DNA of 64,000 nt from Micrococcaceae bacterium (GTDB lineage Bacteria; Actinomycetota; Actinomycetes; Actinomycetales; Micrococcaceae), in NCBI GenBank assembly GCA_025465475.1, contig JAODMR010000160.1, positions 17,744 to 81,743 on the forward strand. The letters are read 5' to 3'. A program made the translations under genes and the position numbers. Shown here one piece after another: positions 1 to 8,936 of the stretch. The notes under the pieces were generated by a model. That model was not told the DNA's origin. It was given only the letters and a program-made list of their open reading frames with translations, and ran no database searches. The stretch's first letter is position 1; every line of letters begins with the position of its first letter.

Positions 1-657
1 ACCATCCAGCCCGGTGACACCCTCACCTCGATCGCCGCCGGCGCCGGGGTGAGCGTCGGCGACCTGCTCAGCGCCAACAACCTCTCGGCCAACAGTGTGA
101 TCTTCGCGGGCAAGGAGCTCACCCTGCCAGGCGCCGGAGCGGCTGCCGCCGCCGCACCGGCTCCCACGGATCTGGTGCCCAGCACCTTCCTCCACTACAC
201 CTACCCGGAAGCTGTGGTGGCCGAGGCCAACGTCAACAAGGCGGCGCTGCTCGCCGCCCCGGTGCCTTCACGGGGACAGATGCAGGACATCATCGTCGCC
301 ACGGCCCAGCAGATGGGTGTTGACCCCACCCTGGCCCTGGGCTTCGCGATGCAGGAATCCGGTTTTGACCAGCAGGCCGTCTCCCCGGCGAACGCCATCG
401 GCACCATGCAGGTCATTCCGCAATCGGGTGAGTGGGCCTCTGAACTCGTCGGCCGGCACCTGAACCTGCTGGACCCGCAGGACAACGTCACGGCTGGCGT
501 TGCCATCATCCGGGTCCTGGTCTCCACCAGCCCCAGTGTCGATGAGGCCATCGCCGGTTACTACCAGGGCCAATACTCCGTCTCCCAGAACGGCATGTTC
601 CCCGACACGCAGGCCTACGTCGCGTCCGTTCGGGCCTACCAGGCCAGCTTCAGCTGA
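1..657 (+). CDS. LysM-domain lytic transglycosylase (SLT family), 5'-truncated by the window edge
   Basis: Frame 1 is open from base 1 (TIQPGDTLTSIAAGAGVSVGDLLSANNLSANSVIFAGKELTLPG = LysM repeat). The C-terminal half carries an SLT catalytic region 'AMQESGFDQQAVSPANAIGTMQVIP'. A strong terminator follows. Confidence 0.85.
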   Translation, partial: TIQPGDTLTSIAAGAGVSVGDLLSANNLSANSVIFAGKELTLPGAGAAAAAAPAPTDLVPSTFLHYTYPEAVVAEANVNKAALLAAPVPSRGQMQDIIVATAQQMGVDPTLALGFAMQESGFDQQAVSPANAIGTMQVIPQSGEWASELVGRHLNLLDPQDNVTAGVAIIRVLVSTSPSVDEAIAGYYQGQYSVSQNGMFPDTQAYVASVRAYQASFS

Positions 658-701
658 GCACCGCGCAGGCAGCCACGGGCTGATACTGCCACGTAACGAT
701 A

Positions 702-740
702 GGGACCGGGTTGAGTGTTGGACCCGGTCCCTTTTCTTTT
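702..740 (+). terminator. Rho-independent terminator after the LysM/SLT gene
   Basis: Perfect 10-bp stem GGGACCGGGT/ACCCGGTCCC (702-711/722-731), 10-nt loop, then TTTTCTTTT (732-740). Confidence 0.8.
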
Positions 741-759
741 CAGAGCCTAGGATCGAAGG

Positions 760-2892
760 GTGCACCAACAGCCAGCCGATCCCCTCGTCGGGACCCTCGT
801 TGACCGCCGGTACCAGGTCCTGTCCCGCGTGGCCCGCGGCGGCATGTCCACTGTGTACCTTGCCACCGACACCCGGCTGGACCGCAGTGTGGCGCTGAAG
901 GTGCTGCACCCTCACCTGGCCACCGATTCCGGTTTTCTGCAACGGCTCAGCGGCGAGGCCAAGGCCGCTGCCCGGCTCTCCCACCCTCACGTGGTGGGGA
1001 TGCTTGACCAGGGCAATGACGGCGGCTTGGCGTACCTGGTGATGGAGTATCTCCCGGGCCACACCCTGCGGGACGTGCTCAACGAACGTGGGGCACTGCC
1101 GCCGCGGCTGGCGCTGGCATATCTGGACGCCATTGTGGAGGGGCTCGGTGCTGCCCATGCAGCCGGTCTGGTGCACCGCGATGTGAAGCCGGAGAACGTC
1201 CTGATCGCCGATGACGGCAGGATCAAGATCGGCGACTTCGGCCTGGCCCGCGCCGTGACGACGACGACCAACACCGCGACCTTGATTGGAACGGTCGCCT
1301 ATATCTCTCCCGAACTGGTCAACGGTCAGCCGGCCGACGCACGCAGCGACATCTACTCGGTCGGCATCATGTTCTACGAAATGCTCACCGGCCGGCAGCC
1401 GTTCCGCGGGGACCTGCCCATCCAGGTGGCCATGCAGCATGTGGGGTCCACGGTGCCGCCCCCCTCGGAAGAGCTGCCGGGCCTTTCCACGGAACTGGAC
1501 GAACTGGTGCGCTGCTGCACCGAGCGGGACCCGGAAGCCCGTCCGGCGGACGGCAACGCGCTGCTGGAAGATCTGCGGCACATCCGGACGACCCTGTCCA
1601 ACGCGCAGCTGGACTTCGGCAGCCCGGGCATCGCCGCGCTGCCGGCGTCCGGCCATGCGCCCACGGAGCCGATCGGCCGTGTTGCTGCCGGGAACGGTGC
1701 TCATCCGACAGTTGTGCTGGGCGGGAGGGCCAATGCGACCTCGGTTCTCCCAGGCTCGGTGCTCCCAGCAGCTGGACAAGGCGTACCGGCTGCCGGTGCA
1801 CGTCCCGTTAGGCCGCCAAGCAGTGTCCCTGCCGGGTCAGCCTCAGGAGCTCCGGCCCCCGGGCGAAACCTGCTGTTCCCGCCGGAAGACACGGCGGACC
1901 TGGAACGGCCTGCGCCGCGCCCCAGCAAAAGAGAAAACCGGGAAGCGCTGAAGGCCCGTTCAAAAGCCGCTGCGACTCCGTCCCAGGCGTTGCGCCGCGG
2001 TAACCCCCGCCGGCGGGGGTTACTCTGGGTCGCCGTGCTGCTGGTGCTGGCGCTTCTCGCGGCGGCGGCCGGATGGTTCTTCGGCCTGGGACCGGGAGCC
2101 CTGGCAACGGTACCGGATGTGCACAACAGAACCGTGGCCGAAGCGCAGGCGCTCCTCGCGGACCAGGGCTTTTCCTCCACCACCGAGGATGTTTTTGACG
2201 AGTCGGTACTGCAGGGCCTGGTGGTGAGGAGCGACCCGGAGCCCAGGACGCAGCAGCGCAGGTTTCAACCTGTGACGTTGCTGGTGTCCAAGGGGCCGGT
2301 GCTGTACGCAGTACCCAGGCTGGCGGGCGGAACCCTGGCGGCAGCCAAGTCGGCACTCAATGCTGCCAAGCTCGCGTTGGGCAGCGTCACGGAGCAGTAC
2401 GACGAGGACACGGACGCGGGAACCGTACTGGCGCAGGATCCCGCCGCCGGCGCCCAGAAAAGAGAGTCGACGCCCGTCAACCTGGTTGTCTCCAAGGGGC
2501 CGACGCCCATTCCGGTACCTGCTGTGGTGGGTAAGCCCAAGGATCAGGCGGTGCAGGCGCTCACTGCGGCCGGGTTGAAGGCGGAGGTCGAGGACGACGA
2601 GGTGTTCGACCGGACCGTTCCGGCCGGGTCCGTCGTGGCGCAGGACCCGTCCAACGGGACCCTGACCAGGGGGCAGACAGTTCGGCTGACGATTTCCAAG
2701 GGTCCCCGCATGGTGCGGGTGCCCAGCTACATCGGCAAGCAGGTGCAGTCAGCCGTCCACGACCTTGAACAGGCAGGCTTCCAGGTCAAGGTCAACAACA
2801 TCCTGGGAGGGTTCTTTGGCACAGTCCGCGACCAGAACCCGGTCAATCAGGACGTGCCCGAGGGATCGGTCATCACGTTGACAGTGGTTTAG
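760..2892 (+). CDS. Ser/Thr protein kinase with four C-terminal PASTA domains (PknL-like by synteny with aroG/plsC)
   Basis: N-terminal Hanks kinase (GGMSTVYLATD...ALKVL, HRDVKPENVLI, DFGLA, SPE). Pro/Ala-rich linker and a TM helix (LLWVAVLLVLALLAAAAGWFF). Four repeats each ending in ..SKGP, which is the PASTA pattern. Confidence 0.9.
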   Translation: MHQQPADPLVGTLVDRRYQVLSRVARGGMSTVYLATDTRLDRSVALKVLHPHLATDSGFLQRLSGEAKAAARLSHPHVVGMLDQGNDGGLAYLVMEYLPGHTLRDVLNERGALPPRLALAYLDAIVEGLGAAHAAGLVHRDVKPENVLIADDGRIKIGDFGLARAVTTTTNTATLIGTVAYISPELVNGQPADARSDIYSVGIMFYEMLTGRQPFRGDLPIQVAMQHVGSTVPPPSEELPGLSTELDELVRCCTERDPEARPADGNALLEDLRHIRTTLSNAQLDFGSPGIAALPASGHAPTEPIGRVAAGNGAHPTVVLGGRANATSVLPGSVLPAAGQGVPAAGARPVRPPSSVPAGSASGAPAPGRNLLFPPEDTADLERPAPRPSKRENREALKARSKAAATPSQALRRGNPRRRGLLWVAVLLVLALLAAAAGWFFGLGPGALATVPDVHNRTVAEAQALLADQGFSSTTEDVFDESVLQGLVVRSDPEPRTQQRRFQPVTLLVSKGPVLYAVPRLAGGTLAAAKSALNAAKLALGSVTEQYDEDTDAGTVLAQDPAAGAQKRESTPVNLVVSKGPTPIPVPAVVGKPKDQAVQALTAAGLKAEVEDDEVFDRTVPAGSVVAQDPSNGTLTRGQTVRLTISKGPRMVRVPSYIGKQVQSAVHDLEQAGFQVKVNNILGGFFGTVRDQNPVNQDVPEGSVITLTVV

Positions 2893-2903
2893 AGCCGGAC
2901 AGC

Positions 2904-2956
2904 GGAAAGGGCAGGACAGACCGGACGCCTCACGGCGCGACTGTGCTGCCCTTTCC
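2904..2956. terminator. Hairpin in the convergent gap between the kinase gene and aroG (possible bidirectional terminator)
   Basis: 11-bp perfect arms GGAAAGGGCAG (2904-2914) and CTGCCCTTTCC (2946-2956). There is no clear U-tract and the loop is large (31 nt, partly self-pairing). Confidence 0.35.
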
Positions 2957-2957
2957 C

Positions 2958-4391
2958 CTAGGAACGTTTGGCCAGCGCCCCGGCAACCAGGAATGCCATC
3001 TCAAGGGACTGCATGTGATTCAGCCGGGGGTCGCAAACCGATTCGTAGCGTTCCAGGAATGCTTCCTGGTCCACCGGGTCGGCTCCACCCAGGCACTCGG
3101 CCACGTCGTCGCCGGTCATTTCGACGTGCAGACCGCCCGGGAAGGTTCCCAACGCCTCGTGCACCTCGAAAAAGCCGCGCACCTCGTCGATGACGTCGTC
3201 GAAGTTGCGGGTCTTGTATCCGTTCGGCGAGGTCACCGTGTTGCCGTGCATCGGGTCCGTCACCCACAGCACCTGCGCGCCCGAGTCGGTGACGCGCTGG
3301 ACCAGGGCGGGCAGTTTCTCGCGGATGTTGCCCGCACCCATTCGGGTGATGAAGGTCAGGCGCCCCGGCTCCCGGTTGGGGTCCAGCTTGTCGATCAGGC
3401 GCAGTGCCGTGTCCCCGGAGGTAGCAGGACCCAACTTCACCCCGATTGGATTGCGCACCCGGGAGAGGTAGTCCACGTGCGCGTGGTCCAGCTCGCGGGT
3501 GCGTTCGCCGATCCAGAGGAAGTGGCTGGACGTGTCGTAGGGCAGGCCCGTGCGGGAATCGATGCGGGTCAGCGCCCGCTCATAGTCGAGCAACAACGCC
3601 TCGTGGCTGGCGAAAAACTCCACCCGCTTGAGCGCTTCGAAGTCGGCGCCACAAGAGGCCATGAACTTGATGGCACGGTCAATATCCCGGGCCAGCGACT
3701 CATAGCGGGCGTGCGCCGGGTTTCCGGTGAAGCCCTTGTTCCAGTGGTGCACCAGCCGAAGGTCGGCGAAGCCGCCCTGGGTGAAGGCGCGGATCAGGTT
3801 CAGGGTTGAGGCGGACGTGTGGTACGCCTTGAGCATGCGGGACGCGTCGTGGGCGCGGGACTCCGGCGTGAAGTCGTAGCCGTTGACGATGTCGCCGCGG
3901 TACGCCGGGAGGGTTACACCGTCACGGGTTTCGTCGTTGGAGGAGCGCGGCTTCGCGAACTGGCCCGCCATCCGACCCATCTTGATCACCGGCATGGAAG
4001 CCCCGTACGTCAGCACCACGGCCATCTGCAGGATCGTGCGGACGCGGGCGCTGATCTTGTCGGCGGTGGCGCCCTCAAAGGTCTCGGCGCAGTCTCCGCC
4101 CTGCAGCAGGAACGCCTTGCCCTGGGCTGCCTGCGCCAGCCGCTCCCGCAGGATGTCCACTTCACCCGCGAACACCAGCGGAGGCAGGATGGACAGTTCC
4201 TTGATGGCCGACTGATACACCCCGGGATCGGACCAGCTGGGCTGCTGGGAGATGGGCAAGCTACGCCAGTCGTCCAGGCCGGGGTAGTCCGCCGCTCCGC
4301 TTTGCGACACGCCGCTCTGTCCCTGGCTGAAAAAACCGTCAGGGGTGCCGGAGGGGAAGGTGGTCCGAGGGAAGGCAGAAAGATCAGTCAC
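2958..4391 (-). CDS. aroG: 3-deoxy-7-phosphoheptulonate (DAHP) synthase, class II
   Basis: 477 aa, a typical class II length. Motifs 'DDWRSLPISQQPSW', 'FAKPRSS..TRDGVTLPAYRGDIVNG', 'HFLWIGERTR'. Same neighbourhood as M. tuberculosis aroG. Confidence 0.9.
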   Translation of the reverse strand: MTDLSAFPRTTFPSGTPDGFFSQGQSGVSQSGAADYPGLDDWRSLPISQQPSWSDPGVYQSAIKELSILPPLVFAGEVDILRERLAQAAQGKAFLLQGGDCAETFEGATADKISARVRTILQMAVVLTYGASMPVIKMGRMAGQFAKPRSSNDETRDGVTLPAYRGDIVNGYDFTPESRAHDASRMLKAYHTSASTLNLIRAFTQGGFADLRLVHHWNKGFTGNPAHARYESLARDIDRAIKFMASCGADFEALKRVEFFASHEALLLDYERALTRIDSRTGLPYDTSSHFLWIGERTRELDHAHVDYLSRVRNPIGVKLGPATSGDTALRLIDKLDPNREPGRLTFITRMGAGNIREKLPALVQRVTDSGAQVLWVTDPMHGNTVTSPNGYKTRNFDDVIDEVRGFFEVHEALGTFPGGLHVEMTGDDVAECLGGADPVDQEAFLERYESVCDPRLNHMQSLEMAFLVAGALAKRS

Positions 4392-4543
4392 GCCTTAAGA
4401 CTAGTTCCTGCCGACAGGACCGGTGCGCGCGGCCGTAACGGCCGGGCCGCCGGCGTCACAATTTCGGTTCCTGCCCCCGAGGACGTGGACCACCACCGGC
4501 GACGCGGGCCGGACGACGACGTCGGCTGGCCCAGGTGATGAAC

Positions 4544-5587
4544 CTAGACCGCTGCCGCGGTGCCCCGGCCGGGTCCGCCGTCGTCCGCCTGCGGGGTCCG
4601 GTCCCGCAACGGCAGCTCCTGGACATTGCCGGCATCAGCTACCCGCTCCGTCGGAAGGTTTCCCGACGGGTTGTCCGTTTCCGGCAACGGGTCCGCTGCC
4701 ACGGCTTCCGCTGAATCCTCCAGGGCCGCGCCCACGGAACCGGCCGGGCCGGGGGCGCCATCGGTGGCCGGCGGCCCGGAAGTAACGTCGGCGGCCGGGC
4801 CGGCCGGCTGGCCGATCACTGTGACGGAACCGGGCTTCAGCACCTGGTCCTTGGCCGGGTTCAGGCGCACGGCGGCATTCTTCGCCTCGGCGGCTTTGCC
4901 CGCCTTCCTGGCGGCGAGCTTTTCCTTCACGGTGCTGGCGTAGGCGTCCACATACTCCTGGCCGGACAACCTCATCAGCTCATACATGATTTCGTCGGTG
5001 ACGGAACGTTGCACAAAGCGATCCTCCGCCAGCCCGGCGTAGCGGCTGAAGTCCAACGGTTCACCAAAGATCATGCCGATGCGGCGGATGTTGGGAATGC
5101 GGCGCCCGATCGGCTGCACCTTGTCGGTGCCGATCATGGCCACGGGAATGACCGGCACCCCCGTAGCGAGCGCAAGCTTGGCCACGCCCACCTTGCCCCG
5201 GTACAGCTTGCCGTCAGGGCTGCGCGTGCCTTCAGGGTAGATTCCCAACAGGGCTCCCTTGGCCAGGACGTCACGGCCGGAATCCAGCGAATTGGCCGAC
5301 GCGGCGCCGCCGGAACGGTCCATGGGCAGCTGGTTGGTCAACCGGAAGAACGCAGCCGTGAGCTTGCCCTTAATCCCCTTGCCCGTGAAGTACTCCATCT
5401 TGGCCAGGAACACGACGGGCCTGGGCACCATCAGCGGCATGAAGATGGAATCCGAGAACGACAGGTGGTTGCTGGCCAGGATGGCAGCGCCCTCGGCGGG
5501 AATGTTGTCAAGGCCCTTAATCCAGGGCCGGAAGAGCAGCTTCAGGATCGGACCCAGAAAAATCCGCTTCATCACCCAATAAAACAC
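4544..5587 (-). CDS. plsC: 1-acyl-sn-glycerol-3-phosphate acyltransferase with Pro/Ala-rich C-terminal tail
   Basis: LPLAT motifs 'NHLSFSD' (HX4D) and 'IYPEGTRSPDG'. Start moved to the GTG at 5587, which has GGAGGG 8 nt upstream (protein begins VFYWVMKRIF...). The ORF-track ATG at 5656 has no RBS. Confidence 0.8.
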   Translation of the reverse strand: MFYWVMKRIFLGPILKLLFRPWIKGLDNIPAEGAAILASNHLSFSDSIFMPLMVPRPVVFLAKMEYFTGKGIKGKLTAAFFRLTNQLPMDRSGGAASANSLDSGRDVLAKGALLGIYPEGTRSPDGKLYRGKVGVAKLALATGVPVIPVAMIGTDKVQPIGRRIPNIRRIGMIFGEPLDFSRYAGLAEDRFVQRSVTDEIMYELMRLSGQEYVDAYASTVKEKLAARKAGKAAEAKNAAVRLNPAKDQVLKPGSVTVIGQPAGPAADVTSGPPATDGAPGPAGSVGAALEDSAEAVAADPLPETDNPSGNLPTERVADAGNVQELPLRDRTPQADDGGPGRGTAAAV

Positions 5588-5731
5588 TCGGTGCTTCCCT
5601 CCTGATGCCGGCCCCGACGCCCTGCTGACATGGCCAGTCCGGCAGGTCAGTGCCACATTACTCTAGTGAGAAAACGCCGGAATAGTGACACGATAGGCGC
5701 ATGCGAGTTTTCTCCCTAGCGGCCGCCCGGC

Positions 5732-6481
5732 ATGCCGGAGGCTAAGGCCTTCACCAGCCCGGGCCACGGCGCGCTGGCACGGGTCGGGGTGGCCATCAGC
5801 CATGGATTCACCGGCTCCCCGGTCAGCATGATCGGCTGGGCGGAACATCTGGCCCAGGAAGGCTTTGCCGTCACCCTTCCGCTGCTGCCCGGCCATGGCA
5901 CCACGTGGCAGGAGCTGGCCCGCACCCGGTGGGAGCAATGGTACGGGGAATACGAGCGGGCCTTCCTGGAACTGGCCGCCCGCTGCGACGTCGTTTTTAC
6001 TGCGGGACTGTCCATGGGCGGCACCCTGGCGCTACGGGTGGCCGAACAACACCCGGTGGCCGGCGTCGCCGTCGTCAACCCGGCCTTCTCCATCGCCGAC
6101 CCGCGGGCCCGCTACACCGGCCTGCTGCGCTATCTCCTGCGCAGCACCGCCGCCATCGGTGACGACATCAAGCTGCGGGGCGTGACGGAAGGCGCCTACG
6201 CCAGGGTCCCGGTCGCCGCGGTGCATCAGCTACGCCGCCTGCAGGCGGTCACCGCTGCAGGGCTTTCGTCAGTGGAAGCACCTGTCCTGCTGTTCCGCAG
6301 CACTGTGGACCGGGTAGTGCCGGAGAGCAGTGTCCGGATTCTGCAGGAACGGATCGGCACCAGCGAACTGGATGTGGTCCCGCTGCACAACAGCTACCAT
6401 GTGGCAACCATGGACAACGACGCGCCCCTGATCTTCGAACAATCTGCCGACTTCTTCCGAAAGCACTCCGATGGCCTCTGA
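5732..6481 (+). CDS. alpha/beta-fold hydrolase (carboxylesterase/lysophospholipase-like)
   Basis: Oxyanion 'HGFTGSP', nucleophile elbow 'GLSMGG', C-terminal 'NSYHVATMD' (His). 249 aa. Confidence 0.75.
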   Translation: MPEAKAFTSPGHGALARVGVAISHGFTGSPVSMIGWAEHLAQEGFAVTLPLLPGHGTTWQELARTRWEQWYGEYERAFLELAARCDVVFTAGLSMGGTLALRVAEQHPVAGVAVVNPAFSIADPRARYTGLLRYLLRSTAAIGDDIKLRGVTEGAYARVPVAAVHQLRRLQAVTAAGLSSVEAPVLLFRSTVDRVVPESSVRILQERIGTSELDVVPLHNSYHVATMDNDAPLIFEQSADFFRKHSDGL

Positions 6482-6971
6482 TGCCGTGCCCTCCCCCCTC
6501 GAGCCGGACGCCAACGACGAGGACGCCGTGTGGGCCGACCTGGTGGCGCGGCTGGAGCAGACACCCACCGAGGGGCCCGGGCCGAGGCAGGACTTTGCCG
6601 ATTTCGATCCGCTCGGCATTGCCCGGCCCGCCCCGATCGCTGGCGCGGGCGCTGACACGACTGCCGCTCCGGCTACTCCGCCCGCCGCCCCGCCCGGCCC
6701 ACGGGATTACGGCGTCGACGACGAGGAGGAGGGCGCGTTCGTGCCGGAGGATCCGCCGTCCCTGGCGGCAGCCGAACCGGCCCTGCTGCTGGCATGGGTT
6801 GGCGCGGCCGGCGCTCCAATCGTGCTGTTGCTCGCCGCTATCCTGTGGCGGGGAGCGCCCCTGGTGGCGATCATCGGCATCATCCTGGTGTTCGTGGCGA
6901 GCGCCGGCTACTTGGTGTTTCGATTACCGGCCAGCCGGGATGACGACGGGGATGACGGCGCCGTTCTCTAG
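6471..6971 (+). CDS. hypothetical acidic/Pro-rich membrane protein
   Basis: GC3-rich ORF overlapping the upstream stop by 11 nt. Two hydrophobic helices (PALLLAWVGAAGAPIVLLLAAILW, LVAIIGIILVFVASAGYLVF). No recognisable domain. Confidence 0.5.
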   Translation: MASDAVPSPLEPDANDEDAVWADLVARLEQTPTEGPGPRQDFADFDPLGIARPAPIAGAGADTTAAPATPPAAPPGPRDYGVDDEEEGAFVPEDPPSLAAAEPALLLAWVGAAGAPIVLLLAAILWRGAPLVAIIGIILVFVASAGYLVFRLPASRDDDGDDGAVL

Positions 6972-7001
6972 GTCGCCGTTCTCTACGGCGCCGTTCTCTA
7001 C
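6957..7001 (+). repeat. 15-bp tandem repeat x3 spanning the stop codon of the preceding ORF
   Basis: GGCGCCGTTCTCTAg / GTCGCCGTTCTCTAc / GGCGCCGTTCTCTAc at 6957-6971, 6972-6986 and 6987-7001. Confidence 0.85.
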
Positions 7002-7066
7002 GTTGTCCCGGGCAGCGCACGCGCCTTCGCTGGCGAAGAAGTATCGGCAGGAAGAAACAGGGAGCC

Positions 7067-7669
7067 ATGGCAAAACTTATCTACTCCGGTATCGCATCGC
7101 TTGATGGCTACACAGTGGACGCGCAGGGGAACTTCGACTGGAGCGCGCCCGACGAGCAGGTGCACGCGTTCATCAATGACCGTGAGCGCAGTGTCGGAAC
7201 CTACCTGTTCGGCCGCCGGATGTATGAGGTGATGTCGTATTGGGAGTCCAGTGACATCCTTGCCGACGAGTCACCGATCGCCCGGGACTTCGCGCAGATC
7301 TGGCAGGCAGCGAACAAGGTGGTCTACTCCACCACCCTGGACCGCCCCATCACCGCCCGAACACGGTTGGAACGCAGCTTCGACCCGGATACCGTCCGGC
7401 AACTGAAGGAGGTCTCCCCGTCCGACCTGAGCATCGGCGGCCCGGAGTTGGCGGCGCAGGCCCTGCGGGCGGGCCTGGTGGACGAATGCCAGTTGTACCT
7501 GGTCCCCGTTGCCGTTGGCGGTGGAACACCGTACCTGCCTGCCGGGCTCAGGGTGCCGCTGGAACTGGTCCAGGAGCGTCGGTTCGAGGGTGGCACGGTG
7601 TTCCTGCAGTATCGCGTAACCGGCCAGCCCGTGCCCGAGTCGGATTGGAAAGAGTCAGCGGACAGCTAG
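7067..7669 (+). CDS. dihydrofolate reductase family protein (RibD C-terminal domain)
   Basis: N-terminus 'MAKLIYSGIASLDGYTVDAQGNFDW', plus 'YLFGRRMYE', 'GGPELAAQALRAGLVDE', 'LYLVPVAVGGG'. This is the typical RibD_C/DHFR-like pattern. GGAG RBS upstream. Confidence 0.8.
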   Translation: MAKLIYSGIASLDGYTVDAQGNFDWSAPDEQVHAFINDRERSVGTYLFGRRMYEVMSYWESSDILADESPIARDFAQIWQAANKVVYSTTLDRPITARTRLERSFDPDTVRQLKEVSPSDLSIGGPELAAQALRAGLVDECQLYLVPVAVGGGTPYLPAGLRVPLELVQERRFEGGTVFLQYRVTGQPVPESDWKESADS

Positions 7670-8778
7670 GGCCGGCGCAGCCGCGGGCTGACCCTGGACA
7701 GGTCGGCGGCGCCGATCATGCCGGCACGTGGTCCCAGCGCCGCGACGGCGATCGGCGCCGCGGGCCGGAACCCCCTGCCTGTCAGGTTGCGGGCGAAGGC
7801 GCGGCGCGCCGGGTCCAGCAGCAGGTCCCCGGCCTCGCACAGGCCCCCGCCCACCACGAACATGCCCGGGTCCAGGGCGGCCGCGAGGTTGGCCAGGCCC
7901 AGGCCCAGCCACTCGCCGACGTCCTCTACAAGTTCGCGGCATGCCGCGTCCCCTGCCTTGGCCAGCTCGGTGACGACGGGACCGGTGATGGCGTCCACGT
8001 CGCCGCCCACAGACCGGAGCAGTTCCTGGGCCACCGGCGAGTTGGCCCGCGCCAACTCCCGGGCCTCGCGGGTCAGCGCGTTCCCGGAGGCGTACTGCTC
8101 CCAGCAGCCGCGGTTACCGCATTCGCAGCGCTGGCCCTGCGGCATGATCACCTGGTGCCCGAACTCGCCGGCGACGCCGAACTGGCCCCGCTCCAGCCTG
8201 CCGTCGGTGACCATGGCCCCACCGATACCGGTGCCCAGGGTGATGCAGACCAGCCGGTCCTGCCCGCGCCCGGCGCCGAACCGCCACTCCGCCCAGGCCG
8301 CCGCATCGGCGTCGTTGGCGAGCATCACACGCCGGCGCAGCAGCCGTTCGAGGTTCTCCCGCAACGGCTCGTTCCGCCAGGCAAGGTGTGGGCTGAAAAG
8401 GACTGTGCTGCCGCTCAGGTCCATCCATCCGGCGGCACCGATCCCCACGGAACCGATCCGGTGGTCGGCCGAGAGTTCACGCACCAGGTCGACGATCGTT
8501 GCCTCCACGGCCCGTGGATCATTGCCAGGGGTCTGCCGCCGTTGTTCCTCCAGGACGGCTCCATAGCCGTCGACCACTCCTGCGGCCACCTTGGTGCCGC
8601 CGATGTCGATGCCAATCGCCAGGCCACGGCGGGTTAACGGTCCCGGGACCCGGTGCGGGCCACGGGAGGGTCGGGGCCGGGCCTGGCGCGGGCCGGACGA
8701 CCGACCGTACCAGGCTGCTGTCAGGTAGGAGGCCGGGCGCGGGGCGCGGGCGGAAGAGGAGGAAGCCATCGCTGTCAT
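7666..8778 (-). CDS. glk: ROK-family glucokinase
   Basis: 'GIDIGGTKVAAGVVD' ATP-binding motif and the ROK zinc motif 'CECGNRGCWEQYASGNAL'. The start is uncertain (ATG at 8778 or 8769 preferred over the track ATG at 8904, which would leave no divergent promoter space). Confidence 0.8.
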   Translation of the reverse strand: MTAMASSSSARAPRPASYLTAAWYGRSSGPRQARPRPSRGPHRVPGPLTRRGLAIGIDIGGTKVAAGVVDGYGAVLEEQRRQTPGNDPRAVEATIVDLVRELSADHRIGSVGIGAAGWMDLSGSTVLFSPHLAWRNEPLRENLERLLRRRVMLANDADAAAWAEWRFGAGRGQDRLVCITLGTGIGGAMVTDGRLERGQFGVAGEFGHQVIMPQGQRCECGNRGCWEQYASGNALTREARELARANSPVAQELLRSVGGDVDAITGPVVTELAKAGDAACRELVEDVGEWLGLGLANLAAALDPGMFVVGGGLCEAGDLLLDPARRAFARNLTGRGFRPAAPIAVAALGPRAGMIGAADLSRVSPRLRRP

Positions 8779-8936
8779 TCTATCGATGCCGGAGCGAAAA
8801 TCCGGGCCGCGCCGGACCCGCCGGGGCGCTCCGCACCAATTGTTACTGACCAGTAGCATAATGTCAGCTGTGGTCCCGTGCCTGCCGGATAGAGTTAGGC
8901 ACACGAGGGTGGGCCACAGATACCAAAGGAGCTATC

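Noticed and set aside
268-1779. 503-aa minus-strand ORF overlapping the SLT and kinase genes, and similar long antisense ORFs (14880-16541 +, 22364-24088 +, 39513-41009 -, 44354-45736 -, 48139-49719 +, 56448-58283 +)
   Set aside because: Each lies opposite a gene with strong family motifs, has a low-complexity R/G/P/A-rich translation, and lacks RBS support. They were treated as high-GC shadow ORFs.
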